A stretch of DNA of 64,000 bases, taken from assembly GCF_009914755.1 (NCBI RefSeq), contig NC_060929.1, one strand, 5' to 3'. The stretch is from the human T2T-CHM13v2.0 reference genome, Homo sapiens. Within the stretch, counting starts at the first letter, position 1. The number at the start of each line of letters is the position of its first letter. The translations under genes were made by a program, and so were the position numbers. The notes beneath the pieces were generated by a model. That model was not told where the DNA came from and did not search any database. It saw only the letters and a list, made by a program, of their open reading frames with translations. Of this stretch, positions 26,531 through 42,000 are shown in pieces.

Positions 26531-26536
26531 AATAAA
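26531..26536 (+). terminator. Candidate distal EGFLAM polyadenylation signal
   Basis: AATAAA followed by GT/T-rich sequence (tttgtg, tgtctttg). Confidence 0.6.
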
Positions 26537-26621
26537 CTAGAGAGGTTCACTTTGTGCCCCAATCTCCTGTCTTTGGGAAGCTTTGATGGCCAGGATCCTT
26601 TCTCCCAGAGGAATCATGGTT

Positions 26622-26645
26622 ATCATCATCATCATCATCATCATC
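26622..26645 (+). repeat. (ATC)n microsatellite
   Basis: Direct reading. Confidence 0.9.
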
Positions 26646-27499
26646 CACTCCTAGACACATAATCTTATATGAGTGCAGTCCGGAGAAAGGCCACATGGTA
26701 GAAAGTGGGTCCTCCACTTCCCAGACACCCTTGCCTCAACACCTCTTCCTTTGATACTGCTGGGGCCAGTGCTTCCCAAGATGTCATGGAGTTGCTTTTA
26801 CAGGCCATTTTGATGGATTCCCTCCAGCCATACATATCATTGTGATCTTAGGCCATTCAGCTGAATTGAAGCTAGAAGAGCTGTTGCTAATGAGTTGTTG
26901 TTCCACGAAAGTGTTATCCAGAGAAAAATGCAATGACCCAGGGATGCAGGCCTGGGAGTAGAACCATTTGCCTCTGGGTGGGAAGCAGATGAGGCTAAGG
27001 GGAGAAGAGTGACGTGATGACAGGGTCAGGGGAGTAGGGATCTGACAGGTGAGAGAGCAGCAGAGTGGAGGGACCCAGGAGGAGCTGGTGACCTGGGAGG
27101 CTCAGGGTCAGAGGACAGGGTAAGAGACAGTGTATCCCATGTGGGCTCCTGGGTGTCCTGTTGTCTCTCTATGTGTATCTGCTGTCATGGCCACAATAAT
27201 GCTGCATAACAAAAATCACAAAACTGCAATGGCATGCAGCAACGAGTGTTTATTCCTCATGCGCCTTAAGTGGTCAGCTTGGCAGCTCTGCCAGTCTTGG
27301 TTGGGCTTGACTAGGTGGATCTTCCGGTGTCCGTTGGACTTGCTCACACGTGTCAGGGTTGCTAATTCAGGACAGCCTTGGCTGGGTTGGTGAGGTGGCT
27401 TGTGTCTGCTCCGTGTGTTTCTTGTCCTCCTCCTGGGCTAATGGGCTGGCCTGAGCATGCCCTTCTCCTAACAATGGGGGAGGGCACGAGCACGAGAGT

Positions 27500-30400
27500 A
27501 AAGGTGGAAGGCCTTTCACAGCCTCGGCTTGGCACTGCCACACCCCAGTCATCTGTGGATTCAAGAGAGGAAGAAACGGGCCGGCCCCCACGTGACATAT
27601 GGGCTCTTCTCCAGCATGAGAGAACTACCAAGCTGCCCGGTGGAGGGCATGGACTCAGGAGCAGTGGAAAAGCGTCACTGCTGATGCAATCGGTCTACCC
27701 CAGCAAGTCCTACGTCATTCACAGCAGGGTGCAGTAGGGAGGCCGTGACCCCCTGGCCATAGGTCTTCTCCGACCTTCTTTAACCCTTGGGGCTGGAGGC
27801 GAGGTCCATGATGTTCTCAGTGCCCAGCCAGGCCAGGCCTGATGCGAGCAGCACCCGCCCTCCCCCATCGCAATGCGGTGCCCTCTCTTCCCCTTGCCCT
27901 CCTTCCACATGCTCCCTGACACTTGGCAGCTGGCCCCGTTGCTGTTCTGAGGAGGAGGGACTGGACCGGCTGGAAGATGGGATCTGTGCCTGGCTTTTGG
28001 GTAGCCGCTGTGGGGAGAGCATGTTGAAGGCTGGCCAGGCTCTTGGCTGAAGAGAAAGGTTTGGGGTGTCGCCAGGGAGCTCAGAGGCTAACAGCAGTCC
28101 CTGTCCTAGGGAGGAAGGATGGAGTGGGGCACGGGATCCTGAAAAGCTTTTCTCCCACAATCAGGGTCTGAGGAAATTCCCCGGAACCTCCCACATGTTC
28201 GAAGCAAGGGTGACCGGGTGTGGGGTGAGGATGTCCTTGCTTTTCCTATTAAGATGGCCTCCCATAACCCTGCATGTTCCTGGAGGCCCCACCTCAGGAT
28301 TTCTCTCAGGAAGGTCTGTGGGGGTCTTCTGTGTCCCCCTTCTGCGGCTGCCCAGGCAGCTGCCCCGGCCTGCCCGCCGCTCTGAAGGCCGTGCCACTCT
28401 CCCACCCTGGTATTTGTCTTTCATTTCCTGACCCAGTCCTGCTCCCTTCTCCCGGCCCTCCAACACAAACAGGCCGGCTGGTGTCCACACACAGACTGCC
28501 CTGCTGGCACGGGCACTGGCGCTTTCCTGCTGCTGCCCCCTCTCCTTCCTCCCTGCCCACCTCCTCCCCTGGCCCTGCAGGAGCTGCTACCCCCTCCCTG
28601 CGTGGGAGGAAGGAGCTCGGAAAAGCGCCCGGAGTTGGAGCTGGCAGGCCCAGGGCTTTCCACTTGGAGGAAACGCTGCATTTTTCACCTTTAACCCAGA
28701 AAAATATGGTTCTCAGAAAGCTTGTTTTTAGCACTGTGAGTTCCCAAAGGAGGAAGAATAGGCAGTAGGGGGGCCCCCAGCCTCTCTGAGCTCCGACAGC
28801 AACCCCCACCCCAGAAGGCCGTTCTTCCTGGGAGGGAATGACCGAGGGGCAGCCTGCAGAGGCCCAGCTCCGAGAAAATAAAGGCAGAGAATTCCAGCTC
28901 CAAGCGGAAAGACAATACTTTAGGAGAGGAGCCTGGACAAGGCATGAGCCGCTTCCCACCTCCTCCCTGCCTCTTCCAGCTCCTGCCCAGTCCAGGAACG
29001 CATAGTAGTTGCCCTTGGAGCTGGGGGTCAGTCCGGGCGTGCCCACCACCGCCCAGACCCTTAGCTGAGAAGGGGGTAAGATTAGCTTATCAAAGGCGGG
29101 AACGACGTTCTCCAGCACTTTCTCCCTGCAGTGGGGAGAGAGCTGCCAGCATGGAATCAAAATTAGAATCTGAAATCAGGGGTCGTACAGCTTTAGCCCA
29201 CTCCCACGTTATTTGTCAACATGGAGATGTGGGTCGTCCGACGGTATCCGAACTAGGGACTTATCCGGCACACGCTAAACAGAGAAGGGAAATGTAAGCA
29301 GCCCTACCTCAACCATTGTGAGGCCAGAAGTCCCAGGGCTGCCGGCATTTAAGCTGGTGGGTCCCGTGGAAGTGACAGGCTGCCGTAAGGAAGTTCCAGC
29401 TTACAGGTGGCTATGTTCGGGCCAGCAAAATGACTAATCCAATGCAACAGCATCAGCTGGCTTCTGGGCTAGGCCCTGTGAGTAACCGCACCGCAACCTC
29501 ACAGTCAAAGAATGTTCACATATTTGATCTTCATAACAGTCCTCCTCCTATGATGGCTGGAGCAGATGGGCATGGCCTATTTGACTTAGGAAGACAGACA
29601 CTGGCCACAAAGACTGGGTGACTTGCCCATGGTCCCATCACGAGGACGCAGCCACGATGCTGTCCCGTGGAGCTTTTCTGCCCTCACCCTGACCTCTGGT
29701 CAGGTGCAGTCTGCCCAGGGACACCCGCATTGTTGAGGGACATTCTGAGGCTCCCTTGGGTTAGCTGTCGTCTGCAGTATAGTCGTGTAAGTGAGGGAGA
29801 TTCGGACAAAGGCCATGTCCCAAGAGTCTGCTTGCCAACGCATGCCAGTTTCTCATCACAGCCCTGAATCTGCCTTCTTTCAAAGGCCTTCTGTTGCAGG
29901 GACTCTGGGTTGAGCAAATCTGAAAGCAGAAACTAAAGAGCTAGTCCAGCAGGGTGGGATTCAGGCCCCTCTACGGGCAACTGGGTGTAGGTTAAATTCT
30001 TTTCCCTTCCCTCCTTTGCTTTCATCTCCACAAATAACCTCCATAACCCTGGGGAGTGGTTGCAAGCTATTTCTGCCCAGCAGCGTGTTCCCCTGGGCCC
30101 CTGCCTCGCCCCAGCCAAGCCACGAGCTGAAAGAACAGGGAAGGCAGCTGGGAAAGGCCTCCCCTGCCGCTCCTCTTCTTCCCGCTTGCTCTTGCTGAGG
30201 CATCTTTGTCCTAGAAAGTTCGTAGCTCCCAGGAGCACTTGCCATTTCCTGGAAAGACGGGAGAGAGAACATTATGTCTCAGCCCCTGGGAGGATGTCTC
30301 TTCTTTTCTATTTATCCATCTTGTCTTTCAGTTTTGCTCAAGATGCAAATGGTGTCCAGAGGCATAGAAATTTCCCAGCATGTGGCATGGCCTCCCCCGA

Positions 30401-31150
30401 TGTCCCAGCTGCTCACCTACAAGCCAGGGCCCAGCCCGGGGCTATGACCTCCCCGAACAGCCTGCTGCCAAGGGGCTGCAGTTCTGACTTGGCTAGGAGA
30501 GGACTTGAGTTGGAATGTCTCTTCGAAGGAAGGCCAGGGAGGCTCAAGAAATTTGCCGTTTATACTCACTTAATAACAAAAGTAAGAGGCACCAGGCCAG
30601 GGGCTTAGCTAAGGAAAGCCCTGTTAGGAAATTGGCCAAAAGAAAGCGGAGGCAGAGAAAATGGACTATGAGGCAGAGAGAGCTGTGGGAGGAGAGGGGT
30701 ATGGGGCCGCAGGGGTCGCAAGGCTCAGTGCGTGGTGACTTCCGGCCCTGCCGGTAGCATTCCATGTTCTCACTGAACGTGGGGTTCAGAGAGCAACTGT
30801 GGGGGTTCGGAATGAAATGGGGGGCCCTGTCTAATACAGTGGAAAGTGGAACACAAGCCGATTGCTTGTCCAGGTCACATTCACACCACCTCAGAAATGA
30901 AAGAAGCCTGGGCGATCTCTGTTCCAGCTCCACACGGGGCTAGAGAGGTAAGAGGATGTGCCCAAGGCTGGGGGCCTTATCCATGTGACTGCCTCTGGCC
31001 TGGAAGCTGGGAGCCCTTGGGAGTGGGTTGGGAGGCTTTGGGGGTGGGGAATGGAGGGTGAGGAGCGGATGGCCTGCGGGCCCTCGCAAGGATTACTGTA
31101 GTTGCCCCCTCCAGGCACTCGCCCACACAAGGTCGGTTGACATTTCATTG
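27500..31150. promoter_or_regulatory. GC-rich, CpG-enriched intergenic region (candidate enhancer or lncRNA promoter)
   Basis: Visibly higher GC and CpG than the flanks, densest at ~28350-29450. No coherent coding ORF. Confidence 0.4.
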
Positions 31151-32370
31151 ACACTCACTGAGGACGAGCTATTCACAAACCAGCCCCTGGCCAAAGTGCC
31201 AGTGAGGATATAAAGGATAGAGAGGACTCAGCTCCCCCTGTCAAGGTGTCGCCTGGGCTGTGGTCTCACCTGAGGCTCACTTGCTCTTTGTTTCTTCAAA
31301 GCCAGGGGAGACTTTCTTTAGGCAGGGCCCAGTCCCTCTCATAAGAGGTCTCCTCAATAGGTCGCCCACCCAGGATCATCGCCTATTAACTCCAAGTCAA
31401 CTGATAAGTAGCCTAATTATGGGAGTGACAACACACCATTTCCACAGTTCCATGCAAGCATCTCGGGGGCCTTCGTAGAGTCCTGCCTACCACAACCCTG
31501 ATCAACTCTAACTTTCAGTCTCTCCCACCTCCAGATGATACCTCCCCAAAAACCAAGTTCATTTTCCTAAAATGCACCCTCTGTCCTGTGCCATCCCAAC
31601 TAAAGGCTATGCCACAGTCAGCTGTGTCCCTAAACAATGAGTCAAACACTCATAAGATAAGGGGAGTTCTGTTCTCAGAGAGCATAACCGTACTTAAAAA
31701 TTCCTATTTATAGTTCCTGAAAATCCTGTGTTCCTGGGGTCCAGGGACCCTTTGCCATGACTAAGGACCTAGGCTGGGGTACAGTTGATGGTGTGGGTGC
31801 CCAGGGGGATTGAGGAAATTGTCAGGCAGCTGCCCTTTCCAGTGGCCACTCAGCATGACCCCAAGCAGCCCACAACTTAGAGGAAATAGCAGGGAATCCA
31901 TGGAACTCTGCATCAGCATCTTTGGTAGCCAGTTACTTATAAAAGACAGTATTTTATGACACAGAAAAGTTGGTTTGGGTGTTTTTGTGTATAAGGTGCC
32001 AATGGCTTTTAGTATGAAATTCAGATGTCAAACTAATGCCAAACACTTTTGCTTGACTTTCAAAGTTATCCATTATTTAATGAAAAGTATGAATATAGAA
32101 AAATGTCCAGAATACAGAATAGTTCATCCATACATTGGGATTTCATATATCCATGAAAGAGTACCATATATGAAAAGATTTTCAAAATATGTGAAATAAA
32201 AATTCAAGTTCCAAAACAGAATCTACAATTCTTTTATATATGCACACATATACATATATATGAATAGACATGTACATATATACACACACATATTCACATA
32301 GGAAAATATTTCCGAAAGGATAAAAAGTAAAATGTTGAAAAGACCTAATGCTGCATAAAAAGATTGCGTG

Positions 32371-32668
32371 GGCCCAGCATGGTGGCTCACCCCTGTAATT
32401 CCAGCACTTTGGGACGCTGAGGCAGGCAGATCACGAGGTCAGGAGTTCGAGACCAGCCTGGCCAACATGGTGACACCCCGTCTCTACTAAAAATACAAAA
32501 AATTAGCCGGGTTTGGTGGCATCAGTCTGTAGTCCCAGCTACTGGGGAGGCCAAGGCAGGAGAATCGCTTGAACTCCGGGAGGCGGAGGTTGCAGTGAGC
32601 CGAGATCACACCACTGCACCCCAGCCTGGGTGACACAGCGAGACTCTGTCTTGGAAAAAAAAAAAAAA
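32371..32668 (+). mobile_element. Alu (AluS-like)
   Basis: Full dimer. TSD aaaaagattg(c/t)gtg. Confidence 0.95.
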
Positions 32669-34558
32669 GATTGTGTGATTTCTTTTTCTTTTCCATTGAT
32701 TTTCTAGTTTTTCTTCAGTGAGTATTTTTTGTTCTGTCTACTCAGGATATCACCTCTTTTGGAGGGACTCATCTTTCTCCAACTCTTGTGAAAATGTCCT
32801 TTGAATAGAACCTATGTCCAGCCACAGGACTGAACCAGGAATGAGCACATGACAAGCCAGGCCAGAGTGCTCGCCAGATCACTGTGAGGACTCCCCTGAT
32901 GGCAAGGCCATAAGCTTGGAGGAGCCTGGACCATGGGCCCAGCTGCTTGAGGAGGTCTTGCTTGAGGGAAGAAAGTTTTGTGTGTAAGGAGATACGTGTT
33001 ATTTCCGGGTGGAATAGGAGACTACAGTGGTGTGGCCTGAGGAACATGCCAGGGCTTACCTGCCCACAAACTAGATGCCTGAAATATCAAAGCCAAGACT
33101 ATCTTCCAGAGAAGCAGATATGCAGTTTGGGGAAGAGGGACGGGGGCCAGAATGGATCACTTGGTCATGCAAGTTGTCCATACAAGTTGGAAGGATATGG
33201 AGAACCTAACCCACAGAAAATGAAAACAAGGTTCAAATTGGGGAGGAGATGGCAGAGGGTGGAGGTGACAGACAATGTGTAGAAGGACTCTAACCTGTTG
33301 TCACTTCGGATAAAGGCCATTTATCTCCCATCTGCTGTTGTCAAAGAGGTAAGAAGGTAAGAGTAAATTTCTGTCTAGGGAGAATAAGGTAATTGCATTC
33401 AACACATCTTAAGCATCTACTTACTACAAGGCAAGATGGCCCAAATCTGGGGAAGGAGCTGCTTTGAGCTACTACAGGGAGCCTCCCATCCTTGTCCTTA
33501 ACCAGGGTTCCCTTGTCTTGCACAGTCTGAGACTATCCCGCAAGGGATCACCCTCTGTAAAATAACATATTTCTAATAACCAGGGAAACACATTAAACCA
33601 CGTTTTTCTCAAGGCGCATTTAAAGAATATTAATCAAGCACCTGAGATGTGGCAGATCCTGCACTAAGCTTCATGGATGTAAGAGCCCGAGACATTGTTC
33701 AATTCCCATTCCCAAATCAAGCGTTAGGATCGTGCTTGGTGCCGTGGGGACACACAGGCCTGGGAAGGCACAGGACTGAGGGCCTGGCGATGCTGGAAAA
33801 GGCTTCTCTGAGCCAGCAAGGCCTAAACTGGGCCCTGCAGATGGAAGAAGTCATCTAAGTGAAGCCCTTGTGTTCACTTTGTGGGGACAGATGCCATGGC
33901 TCCCCTGCAGGTCCTGTGCTGTGCAGCTTCTCTCTGTGTAAATGGGAGAGATGACCTAAGGAGCAGCTAAACAAGTGCGGAGGCATTTATACCTTTAAGG
34001 CCTTAGGTGTTCCTGTAGTTTCTGAAGAGGCATGGGTAACAAACATCCACTGCTGGGAACATGATGTACTCTGTCTAATCCTCCCCAGTCCTGCAAAGGT
34101 GGGCATGAAGAGCCACGTTTCAGAGACGAGGAAACGGGGAGAGGCTGAATAACTCTCCAAAGCTTATCCTGATAGTGAGTTGTGAAGCTGGGATGGGAGC
34201 CAGGCCTGTGAAGCCTCCCGCAAGGCAGCGGCTGACTCGGAAAAGGTGTGAACCCAGCCTCAGCCAACACAGGAAAGGAAAGGAGCGACAATGGTAATTG
34301 AGGAAATTAGAGTCTAGGTTCCATTCTGAAGGTGTCATGTTGCCTGCACTGGTAATTGGGCAATTTAGGACTAGGAGGGTCCATCTGTTCTCAACACTCT
34401 GCTTCCTCAAGGCTTTCAGTCCCTGGCTCGCATCAACTCCAAGGATGGTGTAGGTGAGGGGAGTATGCAAGTGCCTCTAGAGCTGGAAGAGGCTCAGCCT
34501 CGAGCAGAGTTACGGCAGGCTGAGGGCAGGAAGGGGAATAAAGATTTGTTTGAGCTGA

Positions 34559-34967
<409 letters not shown>

Positions 34968-35754
34968 ATCACTTAACAGTCTTTCTCAAGGTCATCCTCA
35001 AAAGCTTTTCTTGTCTCTAATCTGAAACTAATCACCCAGGGATAAAATCATCTCCAATTTAAGCACAAATCAGTTCAAGGCATCTCTTGTTATTTCATCT
35101 TCCCTGGGACCAGCACAACGAATATTTTCAATTCAGTTTTATTGTTGATCACTCCAGGAGAAAGCTAGTAAGATCAAATTTATAAGCCACTAATAACAAG
35201 CTATTATTATAGTTCTTTTGTGAAGAACTTATTTGTAAGCTAACATTTTAGTTGACATTGAATACCTTTAAACATTTTTTTCATACATGTCTATTTTTTC
35301 TCCCAATAATCTCATCATTCTTCTCTGATTCTTTTTAAAAGTTCCCGGGGTTGAGGGTGCTATACATCTTGACTCAAGAACTCACCATCTGGGAAACAAG
35401 TTATGCATTGAGAATCCCCAAAGAACAGGCTATATGTATGAACTTCCTAGCACTTAAATACTAACATGCTTTTTACAATTGAGTTGGTCTGCAGTTTCTT
35501 CTGGTTAAATCCAGGCCCATTCATGTTTCAATCTGGCTAAGTCTAGGCTATACATATGACTAAGGACTTAATTTCTCCATTTAAGAACATCTATTTAAGA
35601 TCACTTTATACTTTAAAATTACTGGTTTTGCTAAATCTGTGACTGTATTTCCTAATAGGGTGAAATAAAATTTTGATACATTCTCAGAATCTTCAGGAAT
35701 TTTAAGCTATTTTCAGAGGACATAAACTAAAAACCATTACTTTAAAGACCAGTA

Positions 35755-35767
35755 TTTATTATTTATT
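35755..35767 (-). terminator. Tandem distal LIFR polyadenylation signals
   Basis: Two adjacent TTTATT hexamers on plus. The minus-strand downstream sequence is GT/T-rich. Confidence 0.6.
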
Positions 35768-36050
35768 TGCTAATGTTGGATTCCCACTATTTGATTATTT
35801 TGATGCTAACTTCTCAGGTAAACAATAATGACTTAATGGACAGATGGATGTTACACCAATGGCACAGCAATGTACTCAAATGTTAAAAATACATCCATAG
35901 CGCTATGTGATTGCTTTACAACCACTGTATTTCTTACGGGATAGAACAAAAAAATACAACAACAAAGCAGAGCCACTTCTCCTAAGTGTGTAACATGGGG
36001 AAAAACCCAATAATGCCCAAGTCTGTCAGTGTAAGATGTAAGAAAATATA

Positions 36051-36056
36051 TTTATT
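36051..36056 (-). terminator. LIFR polyadenylation signal candidate
   Basis: Plus-strand TTTATT, i.e. minus AATAAA, about 6.6 kb after the stop. Confidence 0.65.
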
Positions 36057-39000
36057 TTTTCCATGACAATACTATGATAAAATTGTTAAATACATGCATG
36101 TTTTAAAAACAGACATAAGTAACATCTTTAGAGTTAACAGCCAAGCATACTAGTTTTACATTTATGGTGTTTTAGTAATAGATTATTTTCTATGTTTTTG
36201 CTATAATCATGTTTTCCAAAAGATACAGAAACTAAATTCTGAAATTATACAATGATATAAAGTGTCCAAATTTCCCATTCTAACAGCAATTTAAAATCCA
36301 AATTTTCACAAGGCAGGAAATGCTTCAGTTATCATCTAAGTGGAGTTGTTTTATTCCATATTACTCTCAGAATTCTGTGAATCAGACTGAATCACACACA
36401 TGTACTTCATCTATAGTTTTCTTCCTGTATAAGTGTATTGAAATGTTTCCTTATACGATTAAACATGATTTTAGGTACAGCACATCACAACTGTTTATTC
36501 ACCTTAAAAAAATGTCTGTAGTGGTAACATTTCAAGAAATGAAAAAGGGAACAGTTTGGGATCCGCAGTTTCTCCCTATCTTCTTTCAGCTACATTTACA
36601 AGCATTTGACCAAACAAAAATTAGTAAACAGTTACTAGTATTTATAAAAAACTTAAAATATTTAACATATAATACTCACTTTAAAAAAACATTCATTCTA
36701 CAAACCTTATAAAAGACAGAAACTTATATCTGTTCACAGTATGTGTATTTTGTAAACAGTAATTCACTATAATGCAATTTTGAAAGTAAAAAAAGGTAAT
36801 TTCCTAGTGTTATAAGGACCTTGACTTATGGCCAGCTAATGAAAGAGAAGAAAACCTAACATCCTTATTAGGAAAGTTAAGTATTTTGAAATGATTTATT
36901 TTACCTTTCAACATACTTTTAAGATGGTACTATCTTAAATCTAGGATGTCTATCTATCCAGGCCAATCTTTTGCAAGCAATTCTGAATTTAAATGTATTT
37001 AAGAAAAAGCCGTGCTCTTTTTTGAGAAAATAACAGGATAAAACAAACGCCAGGAAGGGCATCAATCACATAACACCTACCCCTCCACAACAATGAAAGG
37101 TTTCTTTTTCGTGTTGTCTCCCGCTACTCACAATGTTATTCATATTTTTCCTAAATATTGTGTTGGAAGGAAAAATTAAATACAAGGAAACACTAGCTTA
37201 TGATATATTAGACAATTTGGGGAAAAGCATTTGGAATCAAACTGGGAGAAGAATGTTTTACAAAAATTGTATGAAAACCATTATTCAGTGTTCTTTTCTA
37301 TGAGCAATTGCAAAAACACTAATACTAATGTTAAACCTAACAGTTAACTTTTCCACGTTATAAATGAAAATTGTACTACCACCTAGAGATATTTTGATCT
37401 TTTATAATACACAACTGGAATGTTTAGGAAAATAGTTCGGAAGCTGAAAGTTACCCATTTAAAATGGAATAATTCTTAACGGAAGTACACTTTATATGTA
37501 TAAGGAAATTCAACAACTTAAGTGAGCCATTCAATCACGTGTGCAAAGTATTTTAGTCTTAAGGGCAACACATAGGATCTATGTTGTTAGCTTTTTTTTT
37601 TTTAAAGTTCTGATTGGCTACTGTAAAGGCAATCTTAGAAGATGCATGTAAATATAATATAAATCAACTTTCTTATCAATTAGACATTTTCCCCACTCAC
37701 ATCTCTTAGTTTTTAGGGTATTCAGTCCCAGCAACCAAAAAAAAAAATGTAAATCATATTTTGTTTCTGGCTAATGTTCAATCAGTTTTTCTTTTATAAG
37801 AGCTTTTGACGTACTGTTTCTACGGTTCTTTAGGCACTTACACATAAAAACATTCAGAGGGTTTTCCCCTTAACACACAACTTTTAATTCTCATGAAAAT
37901 GTTGCACAGTTAGAATTTGTCTTGCATAGGTAAATTCTGTTTATAACATGGACTCTGATAATCCAAATATTAACATTCCTAATATAGGGAAAAATAAGCA
38001 CCATTCATAGCTAAAAATAATAGAATCCTGTCATAACCCAATATCATAATTACAAGGATCTGGATATATTCTAGACCAAATCACACTCCCTGAAACATTA
38101 CCATGTACAATAAAGCCTGAAATAGCCAACTAATTGAATGTTATTCTTAATCCTTTACACTGGCACTAAAAATAGTTCATCTGTAATAAGCATGAATACG
38201 ACCATGTAATAATTAATAGCACTAATTGAAAAGGAATAAAAAAATCTAACCACCATAGCAAAATAAGGGGTTTAAGTATTATTAATAGCCCTGGTACATA
38301 ATCCATAAAGATAAAAACGAACCAAATTCAAGCCAAGTAATTTCCAATGATATTCTAAGGCTAAGTCTAAAAGATGAATGTTCTGTAACTTTGGCCATAA
38401 ATCATTTTCTTCTATGAAAATTTTCTTCTAGAATAAATAAGATGGGCATGACAGCATGAAACTTCATTTCAGCAGGAAATAAAGACTTAAAATAAATGCT
38501 TTCAAGAAATAGTTTATCAAGAGAATGAGTTCTGAATCAGTTAACCTCACACACGGACACACTGTTGGGCAGAACACATGCTGGCTGGTACAAACATGCC
38601 CCAGTTGCACACCCATCAAAGAAGAAGAAATTATGAACACTTAAAATTATGGAGAAATAAGATATCTAGTGATATACAGGCATGAGTCCTTCCTCAGTTT
38701 TCACTCAAACCGTGGAGTCACTTCCGAAGTAGATTTGAATCTTTGAGTCAATAGTCTCAGATCCACACAAGCTAGATTTTGGTGTGTATCACCCTTCAGG
38801 AAAATTCTGTTGAATCTGTGACACTCTGGGATAGGACTCAGTCAAGAAAATTAGTTACTGAGCTTTCACGATGTGCCTAGTCTTTGTAGCTAATAATCCC
38901 ACATTTTACTCTGAGATGCCCAATTTTACACTTTCAAAATAAGAAAAAAGGCATTTCATAAAATGCACACAAATTTTAACATAATTCAAAATAGAGAATA

Positions 39001-42000
39001 GCAAAAATAACCTTAGAGCAAACAAAAAATTTTATTAGATTATATACCTGAGCAATAGAAAACTTCGAGATAACATTTTAAAAATATTGACACGTTAAGG
39101 AGTATTTTACTTTCAAAATACCATAAAATTGATTTTAAATTCCCTTTGGAAGAAAACATCCCCTAGTCTCCTTCACTAAATTACAAATAATTACCCAAAT
39201 ATAAAAAGGACTTGCAATGTTTGTTAAATATGGACGGCATGAAGACAATTAAGAAACTATAGGACTTATTTCCAACAAGAATACAATATGCATGAAGTTT
39301 TGAAAATGTGACTTTTTACCACAGTTTCTGAGAGTGTAATAGTACTAAATGTTCTAAATGTAATCTTTCAGATCCACGAGCGGTGAAAGTAATGCTGGTT
39401 TGGAAAATGAGGTTGATACTTCCTCTCTTAAGCTTCTCAGTGAATGGCTGCTTCTGTTTCTAAGCTGCAGGAACAAAGCACCTCTATCATATAAGCACAT
39501 AAACACACAACTCAACTATCCAGATACTCAGGGCCACAATCTCAAATCTAGGGCTGTATAAATTCAACAAATTGATGACCTAGATTGCATACATGTGCTA
39601 ATCTATGCAATATATGATTCACAAGGTTCATCTAATGTTAAAAGTCTAGCTAAGTCTTTAATAATTTAATATTAAATAAAATATTAATTATTTAAAATGG
39701 TCACTCATAAAAGAAATGTAGTCATAATAAGCCCCATAATGATCTCCATTCCTCGCAAGGGAAGCTTGATTTGAAACTGGCTTGTAAGTGAATTGACTTG
39801 TAAGAGAGGTAAAAATGTGTCTTACATGAATTACTATCCCACAGATATGATGGAACATAATGCTAGTTTGACAATTAGATTTTTCTAACCAATGACTGGG
39901 CTTTCACTGAGGAAAAGAGGGATTTCTCAATTATTTTCCCAGTTAGTAAGGGCTGGAGAGAACACATCTAGCCTCTGCTTCTAACTAGTCCTTAATTGTA
40001 GCTTCCAAGGGAGAAGCCACGAATCTAACTGGACAGAGCACAATCAGTATGAGACCACCTTGTAAATGCAGGCATGCAACCTTCATTGACAAACAGCGCA
40101 CATTTACCAGTATCTCAGACAACTGAACATGTGACCAATCTCCTTCCAACTTCCCTCCCCTCTTCCCGTGTTGTTACTCTCCCTACACACACAGGTTGGG
40201 GGGAGTAGAGGTAATATCCTGGGATCTACACAAGGGTCTAGCTGTCTTGAATTCAATGAGGGAAAAGAAGGAAAACTGCTTTGGCCCCAGACATAAATCA
40301 CATTCTTTTAAGCACACAGCAACTTATAAGGAGCTTGCCCAGACTTAATAGCGTTACTCTGCTTCTCATTAAGCTAGTGATCCTCGTGTAGGGGATCCAA
40401 AAGTAGGGGAAAGGTGAGTGATATTCTGCACTTTTTTCATACAGAAAAAAACAATGAAGTCTTGGATAGAACGAAAGGACTTAAGAGCCCCAGTGATATT
40501 CATCATTAACCAAACAAATGAGTCGTTATATAGGTTAGAAAGGGCCCTGGATCCAGATGGTCACAGTTGAAATGCATATATATTGACAGACAGAGATCAA
40601 ACAATCTCTTCTGGCCTTTTCTCATTATCTCAGGTTAGCGCCGTTTAGAGCAATAAACTTTTACTGTAGCCACACTTATCCTTGTCCTGGAGAGATAAAG
40701 TACGGGATTGATACATTTCAACAGGGAACAAGGCAGGAGTTGAGGGCAAGCAGACAATGCTAACAGCAAGCTTTGGCAGGGAGAGAAGGCAGCCCCAGGT
40801 CTGATGTCTGGGGTGGAAGCTAAGGGAAGGAGCCAAAGAGGATACAAAGGAAGACAAGAGAACACTCTTTAGGGATGGCTCTGATTGGATATATTTTTCA
40901 TTACTGAACATTTCTATGAACTATTATATAGTTTTAATATACTATGTATGTACAAAATGAATTGCATTTCATTCCAAATTTCCACAGATCATAAAGCTCA
41001 GAAATTTAGCTGAATCCTAGCAGTTAAAATCAGGATTCATACACAGAGAACCTAAATAGATTTTGTCACTTGTCACTCTGGCTTTTTTCCACAACATGGT
41101 TTTTAAAAAGATACAATATGAGCTTCAAAAAAAATTAATTGATCCATTATTTGCAAATACATTACAGAATCTCAGATGATAAAAAACAAACAAACAACCA
41201 AAAAAAACAAACAAAAAAGACATATCTTATTCGGACACTTAAAATTTTCAAGTACTTTTGCCTTAAATATGAAAAGGTAAAATACATAGGCAACCTGAGG
41301 GCAGGGAAAATACAAGATACACTTTTTAGTTTTTCCTTCTGCTTTTCCAAGAACCACAATCACTCCAGACATCGCTTATGAGAAACAAGGGTGGGCAGAG
41401 GATGCTGTGCTGAAGGCAATCAATTCTGCACAGCTCACCAAGCAATTGCTGCACCTGCAACACAGGTATGCCCATGGATTCAGATCAGTTTATGACAGTT
41501 ACTAAGAAACAGCCCTTGGGTAACTGTTCCTGTAAGAAGCATTCTCTCTTTAGTTTTATATTTAAAAATGTGAGGACTGGATCAGATAATGTGGCATGAT
41601 GAAAAGACTCATGAGTGGGAGGAACATCCACCAGAAGGTGTCAAAGATCACCACTGCCTGGGTAGCCAAGCTCAACGGCATGGTCTCCTCAGGAGGAACG
41701 AAATCCAATCAGAACTATATGGACAGCTAACGCTGCTAGATATTGCTTAGTAGTCATCTCACATAGTAAGTCACTGGAATTACATGCTTATGAATAATAT
41801 TGAATTTGCTCATATAAAGCTGTCACTGTATCACAAAATAAAATGATTTTTAAAAAATGTGGGTCTCTAGTCTTAGAAGTGTAAATTTTAAATATTAGGG
41901 CAACCAACTGAAATAATGGAAGCAAGCATAAAAGCTAAAAAATAATGAAAAGGCTTGCAAAACCTATCACAGCAAGAAAACATGATTATGATTTGGGCTG

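Larger units (their letters stand above)
25056..26555 (+). other. EGFLAM: EGFLAM 3'UTR (end approximate)
   Basis: Follows the stop codon. Poly(A) hexamers ATTAAA at 25392 and 25433, AATAAA at 25596, 26065 and 26531. Confidence 0.7.

Noticed and set aside
28306-29160. 284-aa minus-strand ORF, the longest in the track, and overlapping ORFs in the GC-rich intergenic region
   Set aside because: No recognisable domain; composition is low-complexity G/P/R/S/A; long ORFs occur in several frames at once, as expected from stop-codon scarcity in GC-rich DNA.
30060-30608. 182-aa plus-strand ORF with a hydrophobic stretch
   Set aside because: Non-ATG start, no family resemblance and no clear exon structure.
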